Part shown: positions 20,581 to 31,026 of the stretch, one piece after another
Layout: every line of letters begins with the position of its first letter
Numbering within the stretch: the first letter of the stretch is position 1
NCBI GenBank assembly: GCA_944349405.1
Contig: CALVMY010000062.1
Coordinates: 1-33,700 of the forward strand
Direction of reading: 5' to 3'
Source: an uncultured Bacilli bacterium
GTDB taxonomy: Bacteria > Bacillota_I > Bacilli_A > RFN20 > CAG-826
DNA length: 33,700 nucleotides
Translations under genes and position numbers: made by a program
The notes under the pieces: model-generated
Seen by the model: the letters and a program-made list of their open reading frames with translations, nothing else
Databases searched by the model: none
Told to the model about the DNA's origin: nothing

Positions 20581-23369
20581 ATGTTAAAAATAAAAGATTT
20601 AAGTAAAAAATATAATGATGAAACTATATTTGAATCATTAAATTACGATTTTAAAGAACATGGCTTTTATACAATTTTGGGCGAATCAGGCTGTGGTAAA
20701 TCGACTTTATTAAATATTATTTCTTTAATCGAAAAAGAAAGTAGTGGTGAATTAATATTTTTTAATAAAAAAATTAATTATTTAAAAGAAAACGAAAGAA
20801 GAATTTTTAGACTCAATAATATTGGTTTTATTTTTCAATCATTTAATTTATTTAATGAAGACAATGTTTACAACAATTTTTTATTAGCTTTTAATTCTAA
20901 AAATTTATCTTCTAGCAAAAAAGAAAAAGAATTGATGATCTTTTATATCGATTCAATATTAGCGACTTAAAATATTCTTTAATTAAAGATTTAAGCGGAG
21001 GAGAAAAACAAAGAGTTGCTATTATTCGAGCTTTAATTAATAATCCTTCGATAATTTTAGCCGATGAACCAAGTGGTTCTTTGGATAAAGAAAATGAAAG
21101 ATTAATATTTTCTTATTTAAAAGATTTATCTTTAGACCATTTAGTAATTGTTGTAACTCATAATAAAAGGGTAGCTTATCAATATAGTGATTATCTTTTA
21201 AAATTAACTAAAAATGAGATTATTGAAGAAAAAATTGACAACAAATTAAAAAAAGAACGTATTTTATTATCAAAAGAAGCAAAAAATTTAAATAAAAAAA
21301 GAATTAATTTTTCCTTTATTATTAATCACTTTAAGAATCTATTTAAAAGTAAAAAAATAAGAATGAGTATGACCATTTCATTTTTATCTTTTTCTTTACT
21401 TGTTAGTGGATTATCAATTTATTTAAAAGATGGTCTTACTAATATGATTTTATCTTCTTTTGAATCTTTAAGTGGAGAAAATTCTCTTTTATTAAAAAGA
21501 AAAGAAGATGATGCTTCAATTTTATCATCTTATAGTGCTTCAAAAGATGATGTTATAAATATAATGATAAATAATCCTGATGAAGTCGATTATATTGGGT
21601 CTTCATATGTAAATAATTTGGAAGAATTTTTCATTGAAGAAAACTCTTTACATTTTTTATCTAGATGGGACAAAGAGATAAAAATCGAAGATTATGGCGC
21701 AAGTAGTTTCAATGAATTTAAATATATTCCTACATTCAACAGTGTTGAAGAAATTTATCCTCGTATTGAAAATAAAATTTATAAAGACGATATTGTAATC
21801 ACTTTAAGTAACGAAAAAATGGTTTCTTTATGTCAAAGTTTAGAGATTGAAGAAACTTATAAAGCTTTAGGAGAATATATTGAAAAAAATAAACCTTCAC
21901 TACTTTTAAAAATAAGAAATGATTATTGGACTTATGAAGATGAGCAGATATTTAATTTAAGAGGGGTCATTCCTTCTAGAGAAAATATAATTTATTCAAA
22001 CGATTATTTATTTAATGAATATGTTTTTGAAACATTAATGCGTTTTCCTTCCTCAAATATATTAGAAAAAGAAGAGGAATATCCGTGGGTTTTAAAAAAA
22101 GTATATTATTTTCATACGACTTCTTTTCCATCAAATTTAATCAATAAATTATCAAAAGAAGTAGAATATCGAAACTATATTTTTGATGGAGATAAAAAAA
22201 TGTATCATCCATCTTTAAAAGAAAATGAATATTCTAACCGAGTTTATTGTTATCAGGCTTTAAAAAATAGTATTGATCTATCATTTATTGATCAGTTTTC
22301 AAAAAAATATAATTTTAAAGAATATTATTATTCTACGGATGGAGGATATGTAAATTTTGGTTCGATTTTAAATGGATTTTATCGACCTACTTTCTTTTCT
22401 TTTTCTTTAGATAAAATAAATAAAATTATTGATTTAAATACAACTATTTCTTATGAAGATTATTATTCTTTAAATGTAGAAGAAGGGGTAGGAGAAGGAA
22501 ATTATTTAAAACAAGAAACAAATACAGTGCGATTTAATCCAAAAATGAATAAAAATATTGATGGTTCTTATCCAGATTCAATATTTGAAATTGCTATTTC
22601 AAGAGGATTAAGTAAAGTTTTAAAAGAAGATAATCCGATAAATAAAACACTTTATATATCGACAATTTCTTCAATTTATGAAGATGAAAATAAAATTTTA
22701 AGACCTCAATTTAAAACAATTGAAATAAGAGTAAGTGGAGTAGTTGATGAAGAAAATAGTGAAATTTATCACCATAATGATTATTCTCTTTCTTTATTTA
22801 GAGATTTATTTTCAATAAGTGCTTTCGAACTTAATGTAAATAGCGTTACTTTTTTCCTTGATGAAAAATTAAGCGAAGAAGATTTAAATATACTTAATTC
22901 TAATTTAGAAGAGTATGAAATTATTTCTCCTTTAAAAGAAATTAATGAATCATTAAATGAGACAATGTCTTATGTTTTGCTATTTCTTTTAATTTTTACA
23001 ATAATATCTTTTATTTCTTCAATTATTTTATTTTCAATAATTAATTACATTTCGTTTTTGGAAATTAAAAAAGAAATAGCTATTTTAATAATGATTGGAT
23101 ATTCAAATTTAGAGATAATTAAATACTTTTTTATAAATAATTTATTAAGCGGATTAATTAGTTTATTAATATCGATATTTAGTTTAATTTCTATTTCATT
23201 TTTGCTTCAAATATTATCGACACAAATATTTGGAGTATCGACGAATTTTTATTTTTCCTTTTTCTCAATCCTTATTATGGTTCTTTTCTTATTAACAATT
23301 TCTTTAATTTCTTTAATAATTTTATTAAAACCTTTAAAAAAATTAGACTTAAAAAAAGAATTACATTAG
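20581..23369 (+). pseudogene. Second fused ABC ATPase-permease, interrupted by a 1-nt frameshift at about 20916-20930 (pseudogene, slippage or sequencing error)
   Basis: ORF 20581..20970 has Walker A (GESGCGKST). The -1 frame reads RIDDLLYRFNISDLKYSLIKDLSGGEKQRVAIIRALINNPSIILADEPSGSLD from 20928 and is continuous with ORF 21081..23369. Confidence 0.85.
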
Positions 23370-23455
23370 AAAAATAATCGATTTACAAATTCGACAATCT
23401 TATATAAAATAGTGGACATTATGGTAAAGACCATAGAAAGGCTACTATTTAAAAA

Positions 23456-23665
23456 ATGGAAAAATTAAACGGAAAAGTTAAAAGTTTTAATAAAATAAAA
23501 GGATATGGATTTATTAACGGTGACGATGGCAACGAATATTTCTTTCATTTTTCTTCCTTAAATATGGAAGGATTCAAAACAGTTAATGTCGAAGATAAAG
23601 TAGCTTTTGAACCACAAGATGGCGAAAAAGGTAAAAGAGCTTTAAATATTGATATTATTAAGTAA
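23456..23665 (+). CDS. csp: Cold-shock protein (CSD)
   Basis: GKVKSFN, KGYGFI (RNP1), FFHFS (RNP2), GFKT; promoter TTTACA-17-TAAAAT at 23382-23410. Confidence 0.93.
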   Translation: MEKLNGKVKSFNKIKGYGFINGDDGNEYFFHFSSLNMEGFKTVNVEDKVAFEPQDGEKGKRALNIDIIK

Positions 23666-23679
23666 TTAAAACTTTAATG

Positions 23680-23708
23680 AAAAAGGGTGCTGAAAAGTGC
23701 CTTTTTTT
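23680..23708 (+). terminator. Probable intrinsic terminator after csp
   Basis: aaaagggtgc-tgaaaa-gtgcc-ttttttt: G-U-rich stem plus T-run. Confidence 0.55.
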
Positions 23709-23765
23709 ACTGATTTATTTATAAAAAATGATATAATATCAACGATTTGAAGGGATGAATAAATT

Positions 23766-24869
23766 ATGGGATTAAAAGCAGGAATTGTTGGATTACCAAA
23801 TGTCGGGAAATCGACTTTATTTAACGCAATTACCAATTCAAAAGTTGAAGCTGCAAACTACCCATTTGCAACTATCAAACCAAATGTTGGAATCGTTTCA
23901 GTTCCAGATAAGAGAGTAGATGAATTAGTTAAAATTTTTCATCCAAAAAGAACTATTTATACCACTTTTGAATTTTTTGATATTGCTGGATTAGTTAAAG
24001 GAGCTTCTAAAGGCGAAGGTTTAGGAAACCAATTTTTAGCCAATATTAGAGAATGCGATGCAATTATTGAAGTTGTAAGATGTTTTGAAAATAATGAGAT
24101 TATTCATGTTGAAAATACAGTTGATCCAGTTAGAGATATTGAAATAATAAACTTAGAACTTATTATGGCAGATTTAGAAACCTGCTCTAATAGATTAGGA
24201 AAAATCGAAAATAAAGCTCGTATTTCAAAAGATAAAGAAGCACTTCTTGAAGTAAATGTTTTAACTAAAATTAAAGAAGTTCTAAATAATGAAAAACCAA
24301 TTAGAAGTTTATCTTTTAATGATGATGAAAAGAAAATACTCAAAAATTTTGGATTTTTAACCGCAAAACCTATTATTTATGTTGCTAATGTAAGCGATGA
24401 AGTTTTAAATGATGTTGAAAATGATAAATATTATAAAGCTGTTAAAGAATATGCAGCCAAAGAAAACGCACAAGTTTTAGCAATTTCTTGCGAAATTGAA
24501 GCTGAACTTTCAACTTATTCAAAAGAAGAAAAAGAAGAATTTTTAAAAACAATTGGTGCAACTTCTTCAGGCTTAGAAAAATTAATTACTGCTACTTATA
24601 AACTTTTAGATCTTTCAACTTTTTTTACGGTTGGGGAAGATGAAGTTCGTGCTTGGACTTTTAAAAACGGAATGCTTGCTCCAGATTGTGCCGGAATTAT
24701 TCATACAGATTTTAAAAAAGGCTTTATTAAAGCAGAAACTTACACTTATGAAGATATTGTAAAATACGGGAGTGAAGCCCAATTAAAAGAAGCAGGAAAA
24801 TTAAGAATTGAAGGTAAAGATTATGTTGCAAAAGATGGCGATATTTTCTTCTTCAAATTTAATGTTTAA
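23766..24869 (+). CDS. ychF: Ribosome-binding ATPase YchF
   Basis: [51 protein letters not shown]-like C-terminus; extended -10 TGATATAAT at 23729-23737. Confidence 0.97.
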   Translation: MGLKAGIVGLPNVGKSTLFNAITNSKVEAANYPFATIKPNVGIVSVPDKRVDELVKIFHPKRTIYTTFEFFDIAGLVKGASKGEGLGNQFLANIRECDAIIEVVRCFENNEIIHVENTVDPVRDIEIINLELIMADLETCSNRLGKIENKARISKDKEALLEVNVLTKIKEVLNNEKPIRSLSFNDDEKKILKNFGFLTAKPIIYVANVSDEVLNDVENDKYYKAVKEYAAKENAQVLAISCEIEAELSTYSKEEKEEFLKTIGATSSGLEKLITATYKLLDLSTFFTVGEDEVRAWTFKNGMLAPDCAGIIHTDFKKGFIKAETYTYEDIVKYGSEAQLKEAGKLRIEGKDYVAKDGDIFFFKFNV

Positions 24870-24871
24870 AA

Positions 24872-25345
24872 ATGAGAATCGGTTTAGGTAAAGATATACA
24901 TAAATTTAAAAAGGGGTGCCCTTTAATATTAGGTGGAATTATTATTCCTTATAAAAAAGGTTTAGAATCTTATAGTGATGGAGATTGTTTAATTCATTCG
25001 ATAATCGATTCAATTTTAGGCGCACTAAATAATAAAGATATTGGAAGAATTTTTCCAAACAATGACCCTAAATATAATGATATTTCTTCAACAATTTTAT
25101 TAAAAGAAACAAATAATATTTTAAAAATGAGTAAATATAAGATTTCAAATATCGATGTATTTATTTCTTGTGAAGAACCTAAATTATCACCTTTGATTGA
25201 TAAAATGCGTAAAAATATCTCTAATATTTTAGAGATTTCGATCGATGATATATCAATAAAAGCCGGGACTAATGAAAAAATGGGCTATATTGGTAAAGGA
25301 AAAGCAATTGAATGTATAAGCGTTTGTTTATTGGAGGATAAGTAA
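24872..25345 (+). CDS. ispF: 2-C-methyl-D-erythritol 2,4-cyclodiphosphate synthase
   Basis: MRIGxGxDIH, SDGDxxxH, DIGxxFP and KAxTNE; directly upstream of gltX as in Bacillus. Confidence 0.92.
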   Translation: MRIGLGKDIHKFKKGCPLILGGIIIPYKKGLESYSDGDCLIHSIIDSILGALNNKDIGRIFPNNDPKYNDISSTILLKETNNILKMSKYKISNIDVFISCEEPKLSPLIDKMRKNISNILEISIDDISIKAGTNEKMGYIGKGKAIECISVCLLEDK

Positions 25346-25346
25346 A

Positions 25347-26786
25347 ATGGATGATAAAAAAGTAAGAGTTAGATACGCTCCTTCTCCAACCGGATATTTA
25401 CATATTGGAGGAGCAAGAAGTGCACTTTTTAACTATTTATATGCAAAAAAATTTGGTGGCGATTTTGTTTTTAGAATCGAAGACACTGACGTTGAAAGAA
25501 ATATCCCTGGTGCTGAAGAATCTCAACTTCATGATTTAATTTGGCTTGGAATTATTCCAGACGAATCAACTGAAAAGCCAAATCCAAAATATGCTCCATA
25601 TAGACAAATGGAAAAACTCGATATTTATCATAAATTTGCTCAAGAACTCGTTTCAAAAGGTTATGCTTATGAATGTTATTGCACAAAAGAAGAACTTGAA
25701 GAAATGAAAGAAGAACAACTTAGAAACGGTGTAAAATCTTTTAAATACGATAGAAGATGCCTTTCTTTAAGTGAGGAAGAGAAAGAAAAATATAAAAAAG
25801 AAGGTCGAATTCCTTCAATTAGATTAAAAATGCCTTCCAATCATACCTTAAAATTCCACGATTTAGTTAGAGGAGATGTTTCTTTTAATAGTGATGATAT
25901 TGGGGATTTTGTAATTATGAAGTCAAATGGAATCCCTACTTATAATTTTGCTGTCGTTGTTGATGACCATTTAATGGAAATAACCCATGTTTTAAGAGGA
26001 GAAGAACATTTATCAAATACACCAAAACAACTTCAAATTTATGAATATTTTGGATGGGAGCCTCCTCAATTTGGCCATATGACAATTATTGTTAATCCAA
26101 ATGGAAAGAAATTATCAAAAAGAGATTTAAATATTTTACAGTTTATGTCTCAATATAGAGATTTAGGTTATGTTCCAGAAGCAATTTTTAATTTCCTTTT
26201 CTTATTAGGTTATACCGATCAAAACGGACAAGAAATCTTTACAAAAGAAGAAGCTATTAAGAGTTTTGATCCAAAAAGATTATCAACTTCACCAGCGATG
26301 TTTGATCAAAAGAAGCTTTTATGGGTTAACTCAACTTATATTAAAAAAATGGATAATGAAACTTATTTTAAGTTTATTGAACCTTTTGTTAATAAAATTG
26401 AATTTTTAAATAATTTAAGTAAAGAAAGAAAAGATGAAATTTCATTAATGTTTAAAAATGAAATTAGTTATGGAGCACAAATTATTGATTTGTTAAACGA
26501 TATTATTGTTTTAAAAACAGATTTAGATGATGCTGAAAAAGAGATTATTTCTAAAGAAAGTGCTTCAAAAGTTTGCGCTTTATTTAAAGAAAAACTTGAA
26601 AAATTATCCGAAACCAACGAAGAAAATGTTAAGAATATCTTTAATGAAATTAAAAATGAAACCGAATTAAAAGGGAAAGAAATTTATATGCCTATTAGAA
26701 TTAAATTAACCGGTGTGATGCATGGCATAGAAATGTATAATATTATCGATATTTTAGGTAAAGAAGAAACGCTTAAAAGATTATAG
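25347..26786 (+). CDS. gltX: Glutamate--tRNA ligase (probably non-discriminating)
   Basis: RYAPSPTGYLHIGG (HIGH), RIEDTD, RGEEH, KLSKR (KMSKS). Confidence 0.97.
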   Translation: MDDKKVRVRYAPSPTGYLHIGGARSALFNYLYAKKFGGDFVFRIEDTDVERNIPGAEESQLHDLIWLGIIPDESTEKPNPKYAPYRQMEKLDIYHKFAQELVSKGYAYECYCTKEELEEMKEEQLRNGVKSFKYDRRCLSLSEEEKEKYKKEGRIPSIRLKMPSNHTLKFHDLVRGDVSFNSDDIGDFVIMKSNGIPTYNFAVVVDDHLMEITHVLRGEEHLSNTPKQLQIYEYFGWEPPQFGHMTIIVNPNGKKLSKRDLNILQFMSQYRDLGYVPEAIFNFLFLLGYTDQNGQEIFTKEEAIKSFDPKRLSTSPAMFDQKKLLWVNSTYIKKMDNETYFKFIEPFVNKIEFLNNLSKERKDEISLMFKNEISYGAQIIDLLNDIIVLKTDLDDAEKEIISKESASKVCALFKEKLEKLSETNEENVKNIFNEIKNETELKGKEIYMPIRIKLTGVMHGIEMYNIIDILGKEETLKRL

Positions 26787-26839
26787 AATCAACTATATTT
26801 TTTAAGTATAATATTTAGGTGAATTAACGAGGTAGAAAA

Positions 26840-27256
26840 ATGGAAGATAAATATAAAAATGAATCATTAGTTGATGTTGCTTACGATATTTTAAAACAAC
26901 ATCCAGGTGAAATTACTTTTAGAGATTTATTTAATTTAGTAGCTGAAAAAACAGAGATGACTTTAGATAGAAAAGACGCTACAATCTCAGGATTTTTTAC
27001 TAATCTTTCATTAGATGGAAGATTTGTTACATTAAAAAATAATGAATGGGATTTAAGAGAAAGACATACATTTGATAAAGTTCATGTTGATTTAAATGCT
27101 ATTTATGAAGATATTGAAGAAGATTCATCAGTTGCCGAAGATGAATTAGAAGATGAAGACGAAAAGAATTTACATCTTGGAGACGAAGATGACGAAGAAA
27201 ATAGCGGCTCAAATGATGGTTATTATGATGATTCAAATTCATCAGAAAATTATTAA
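26840..27256 (+). CDS. rpoE: RNA polymerase delta subunit
   Basis: FTNLSLDGRF...WDLR motif and acidic tail; TATAAT at 26807-26812 and SD GAGGT. Confidence 0.92.
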   Translation: MEDKYKNESLVDVAYDILKQHPGEITFRDLFNLVAEKTEMTLDRKDATISGFFTNLSLDGRFVTLKNNEWDLRERHTFDKVHVDLNAIYEDIEEDSSVAEDELEDEDEKNLHLGDEDDEENSGSNDGYYDDSNSSENY

Positions 27257-27288
27257 TAAATAATTTATTTTAAGGAGGAATATTATTT

Positions 27289-28161
27289 ATGTTAGTTTCT
27301 GCAACTGAAATGATTAACAAAGCTCATGCTGGACATTATGCTATTGGCCAATTTAACATCAATAACATGGAATGGATTAAAGCAATTTTAACTGCTGCTG
27401 AAGAAATGAAATCCCCAGTTATCTTAGGTGTCAGTGAAGGCGCTGGAAAGTATATGTGCGGATTCGATAATGTCGTAGGAATGGTCAAACACATTCACGA
27501 TTATTTAAAAATTACAGTCCCTGTTGCTTTACATCTTGATCATGGTACATATGAAGGTGCAAAAGCTTGTTTAGCCGCTGGATTTACCTCAATTATGTTT
27601 GATGGCTCCCACTTCCCATTTGAAGAAAACTTAGAAAAGAGTAAAGAATTAATCGCTTTAGCTCATAGTGAAGGAAAATCAATTGAATGTGAAGTTGGTG
27701 GAATTGGTGGAAGTGAAGACGGTGTTACTTCTTCAGGTGAATTAGCTGATCCAAAAGAATGTGCTACAATCGCTGCTTTAGGAGTCGATTTCTTAGCTGC
27801 TGGAATCGGTAATATCCATGGTGTTTATCCATCTAATTGGGCCGGATTAAATTTCGATAGATTAAGCGAAATTCAAGAATCAACTAATGGAAAACCACTC
27901 GTTTTACATGGTGGAACTGGTATTCCAACAGAACAAATTAAAAAAGCTATTTCATTAGGTGTTTCAAAAATTAACGTCAATACTGAATTACAACTTCAAT
28001 TTGCTGCTGCAACAAGAAAATATATTGAAGAAGGCAAAGATTTAGATATTGGCAAAAAAGGTTTTGATCCACGTAAATTATTAAAACCTGGCTTTGAAGC
28101 TATGGTTGAAATTACTAAAGCAAAAATTAAAGAATTCGGAAGCGACGGAAAGGCTTTCTAA
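27289..28161 (+). CDS. fba: Class II fructose-1,6-bisphosphate aldolase
   Basis: FNINN, LHLDHG, SIMFDGS, GNIHG, VLHGG, KINVNT. Confidence 0.96.
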   Translation: MLVSATEMINKAHAGHYAIGQFNINNMEWIKAILTAAEEMKSPVILGVSEGAGKYMCGFDNVVGMVKHIHDYLKITVPVALHLDHGTYEGAKACLAAGFTSIMFDGSHFPFEENLEKSKELIALAHSEGKSIECEVGGIGGSEDGVTSSGELADPKECATIAALGVDFLAAGIGNIHGVYPSNWAGLNFDRLSEIQESTNGKPLVLHGGTGIPTEQIKKAISLGVSKINVNTELQLQFAAATRKYIEEGKDLDIGKKGFDPRKLLKPGFEAMVEITKAKIKEFGSDGKAF

Positions 28162-28164
28162 TTA

Positions 28165-28944
28165 ATGTTTATATCTGAATTAGCTAAAATGATTGGTGCA
28201 GCTAAAATAGCTAGCAAAATCATTTTAGATGTTTATCATAAAGGTTTCGAAGTCTTTACTAAAGACGATGATTCTCCAGTTACCGAAGCTGATAAAAGAG
28301 CTGATGATGCAATTAGGGAATATTTATCTAGTTTTTTCCCTGATTATGCTTTTTTAACTGAGGAACATGCCGATAATTTATCAAGATTAGATAAAGATTT
28401 AGTATTTATCGTCGATCCACTTGATGGAACGAAAGATTTTGTCGATCATTATGATGAATTTACTGTTAACATTGCTTTAGCTTATAAACATAAAATTGTT
28501 GCCTCAGTTATTGCAGTCCCTGTTTATGGATTAATTTATTATGCATTAAAAGATTATGGGGCTTATAAATTAGATTTAAAAGAAAATATCACAACTAAAA
28601 TATTCGTTAATGATAAAACTAGTGATTTAACTGTTTTAAAATCTCGATATCATAGTGTAAAAGAAGAAGAAGTTTTATTTAAAAAACATAGCGATAAAAT
28701 TAAACATGTTGAAACTGCTGGAAGTGCGTTTAAAGCTTGTTTAATTGCCGAAGGAAAAGCCGAACTTTCCTATCGATTATCTACTGGGACTAAAGAATGG
28801 GATACTGCTGCCTTTGATTTAATTGTTAAAGAAGCCGGAGGATATGTCTATTCTTTAGATAAAAGTGAAATTGAATATAATCGAAGAAATGTTCAAAACG
28901 ATTATTATATAATCGCTAATAATTTAAAAAACTGGTTGCTTTAA
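28165..28944 (+). CDS. cysQ: 3'(2'),5'-bisphosphate nucleotidase CysQ / inositol monophosphatase family
   Basis: KDDDSPVTEAD, TEE, VDPLDGTKDF, SRYH, GS, EWDTAA. Confidence 0.85.
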   Translation: MFISELAKMIGAAKIASKIILDVYHKGFEVFTKDDDSPVTEADKRADDAIREYLSSFFPDYAFLTEEHADNLSRLDKDLVFIVDPLDGTKDFVDHYDEFTVNIALAYKHKIVASVIAVPVYGLIYYALKDYGAYKLDLKENITTKIFVNDKTSDLTVLKSRYHSVKEEEVLFKKHSDKIKHVETAGSAFKACLIAEGKAELSYRLSTGTKEWDTAAFDLIVKEAGGYVYSLDKSEIEYNRRNVQNDYYIIANNLKNWLL

Positions 28945-28962
28945 TATTTAAATAAAATAAAT

Positions 28963-29002
28963 AAAAATAGCAGAATTTAAACGATAATTCTGCTATTTTT
29001 TT
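28963..29002. terminator. Bidirectional intrinsic terminator
   Basis: AAAAATAGCAGAATT-taaacgat-AATTCTGCTATTTTT between convergent genes. Confidence 0.85.
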
Positions 29003-29017
29003 ATTTTAATAAATTAA

Positions 29018-29314
29018 TTAGTTAGAAGGAGTGATGTTATAGCCGCTCTCTTTTAAAGCTTTTTTAATTTCTTCTTTTTGAGAAGCGAGTCTAACTGCAA
29101 CTACTCCAGGAACCTCTTCCATTAAAATAACTTCAATTCCGCTTTCTAAAGTATCATTTATTAAAGCGCAGCCTTCGCAAGCTCCAACCATATTTATATA
29201 AACAATACCATCTTCAAAAGAATCGAATTCACAATCTCCCCCATCTCTTTGAATAAATGGTCTAATCTTATCTAAAGTATCTTTTATTTTCTTAATTGTT
29301 TCTTCATTTTCCAT
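29018..29314 (-). CDS. NifU/Nfu C-terminal-domain Fe-S carrier protein
   Basis: IRPFIQRDGGD and GACEGC (CxxC). Start re-assigned to ATG 29314 (MENEET) because the track's upstream TTG coincides with a -35 box (TTGATT-17-TAAAAT). Confidence 0.88.
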   Translation of the reverse strand: MENEETIKKIKDTLDKIRPFIQRDGGDCEFDSFEDGIVYINMVGACEGCALINDTLESGIEVILMEEVPGVVAVRLASQKEEIKKALKESGYNITPSN

Positions 29315-29366
29315 ACGATTAATTATTTTAATGATAAATTTAGGTAAAATCAATTAAAATACATAT

Positions 29367-29858
29367 ATGGATATAAATGTTTTAATCTCTATTTTGTTAG
29401 CTTTATTTTTGACTTTAATTATTGAAACTCCCTTTTATTTTTTTCTTTTAAAAATAAAGAAATATTCAGGGATACTCTTTTTATTTTTATTAAATTTAAT
29501 AAGTAATTTAACGATGAATTTAATAAATATATATTTATTTTCATTTTCAGATCTTTTTATATATCTTTATGAAATAGTTATTCCATTAATCGAAGGATTA
29601 ATTATATCTTTTTATATTTATAAAATTGATAATAAAGTATCGAGCTTATGGCTTAATAAAAGAACATTTTTAACAGTTATTTATATTATATTTATTAGTT
29701 ATTTAACTAACTTTATTTCCTTTATTATCGGATATTTATTTAATAATTATTTATATGATTATTCATATTATTTATTATATTTAGCTTTATATATTCTTAT
29801 TTTTATAATCGAACTTATAATATTTATTTTAGTTTTATATTTTAAAAAAGAAGAATAA
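29367..29858 (+). CDS. Hypothetical polytopic membrane protein
   Basis: 163 aa, about five TM helices with embedded polar residues (TLIIE, NLISN, EIVIPLIE, TNFIS). Confidence 0.75.
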   Translation: MDINVLISILLALFLTLIIETPFYFFLLKIKKYSGILFLFLLNLISNLTMNLINIYLFSFSDLFIYLYEIVIPLIEGLIISFYIYKIDNKVSSLWLNKRTFLTVIYIIFISYLTNFISFIIGYLFNNYLYDYSYYLLYLALYILIFIIELIIFILVLYFKKEE

Positions 29859-29862
29859 TAAA

Positions 29863-29892
29863 TAAAAGTGACTATTTTGATAGTCACTTTTA
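29863..29892. terminator. Bidirectional intrinsic terminator
   Basis: TAAAAGTGACTAT-tttg-ATAGTCACTTTTA perfect inverted repeat between convergent genes. Confidence 0.85.
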
Positions 29893-29899
29893 ATAATTA

Positions 29900-31024
29900 T
29901 TATTCGTTGTTATTAGAAGAATTATCTTCTTCTTCATCTTTTAAAGTTGAGATTGAAACACTTTCTTGAATGATGTTTTCTTTAACAGGTGTATTTTCTT
30001 CTTCTTCAATAGGTGTTTCATTTTCTTCTTTATTTATATTTTCTTTTGCTTTTCTTTTTTCTTCTTTTAATCTTTTCTTATCTTCTTTTTCTTTTAAAAG
30101 TCTTTCTCTTTCTTCTTCCTTTTTTTCTTTTAATAATTCTTTTTTCTTTTTAGAATTCATTAATCCGATAGTTAAAGAAATAACTCCTGCAATAATTAAA
30201 ATAGATAAAATAATGATTAAATATATAAAAAACATTTTTCCTTCTTTGCTAAACTTAGTAGGAGAATAAATATTAGCGTTTAAATAAAGTATTAAATCAA
30301 CAGATCTAATATCGGCCTTATTTTTAACTCCATCGATAGTAAATGAGGCATAATATTTTTGATCTTCATAACGTGTATTAGAGGCTCTAAGATCTATGCT
30401 TGTATTTTTTCCATCTTCTAAATAACGGATATGAAGACCTGCAAACATTGTGCTTGGTAAAGATTCAACATCAAAAGCTAAATCAAAAGTAGTAGAAGAT
30501 GAATCAGAAGCAACTACGCGATTAATAATTGAATAAGATGAATATTCTTTTTCTTTATAACGATAAGCAACCCCTTCTTTAGCACTGATATTAGAAATAG
30601 TTAGAGGTTTATCATCTTCAAAAATATAAGAATAGTCACTTAAATCAAATGTAAGCTCTTTACTTTCATTAGGTAAAATATAGAAATAGTTATTATCATT
30701 TTCATTAACGAAGTTATATTCATCTAATATAACTTCGTATTGACGATTAATAATTAAAGTAATTTGATGTTCTAAAACATAAGAGCCATAATTTTCAATA
30801 TCAAAAGTATAAATATATGAACTAGAAGCAGTTATTTCTTCCTCTTCTTCATTATTTTCTGTTTTGTTTTCATTTTCGCTTTCTTCTTCAATTACTTGAG
30901 TAATTTCATTAATTCTAAATCCAACATAATGGCTATTTATAGCAACATAAGGAATAGGAGCGGCTGAATTAGACATTAATAGAGGGAATAATCCGATTAA
31001 AAGTAATAATTTATTCTTTTTCAT
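29900..31024 (-). CDS. Surface protein: signal peptide, beta-rich ectodomain, C-terminal TM, long charged tail
   Basis: MKKNKLLLLIGLFPLLMSNS signal-like N-terminus, TM near aa 265-290, K/E-rich tail. Confidence 0.8.
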   Translation of the reverse strand: MKKNKLLLLIGLFPLLMSNSAAPIPYVAINSHYVGFRINEITQVIEEESENENKTENNEEEEEITASSSYIYTFDIENYGSYVLEHQITLIINRQYEVILDEYNFVNENDNNYFYILPNESKELTFDLSDYSYIFEDDKPLTISNISAKEGVAYRYKEKEYSSYSIINRVVASDSSSTTFDLAFDVESLPSTMFAGLHIRYLEDGKNTSIDLRASNTRYEDQKYYASFTIDGVKNKADIRSVDLILYLNANIYSPTKFSKEGKMFFIYLIIILSILIIAGVISLTIGLMNSKKKKELLKEKKEEERERLLKEKEDKKRLKEEKRKAKENINKEENETPIEEEENTPVKENIIQESVSISTLKDEEEDNSSNNNE

Positions 31025-31026
31025 AA

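Noticed and set aside
24104-24343. 79-aa minus-strand ORF
   Set aside because: Entirely antisense within ychF.
29970-30269. 99-aa + strand Phe/Ser-rich ORF
   Set aside because: Mirror of the Lys/Glu-rich tail of the 374-aa gene.
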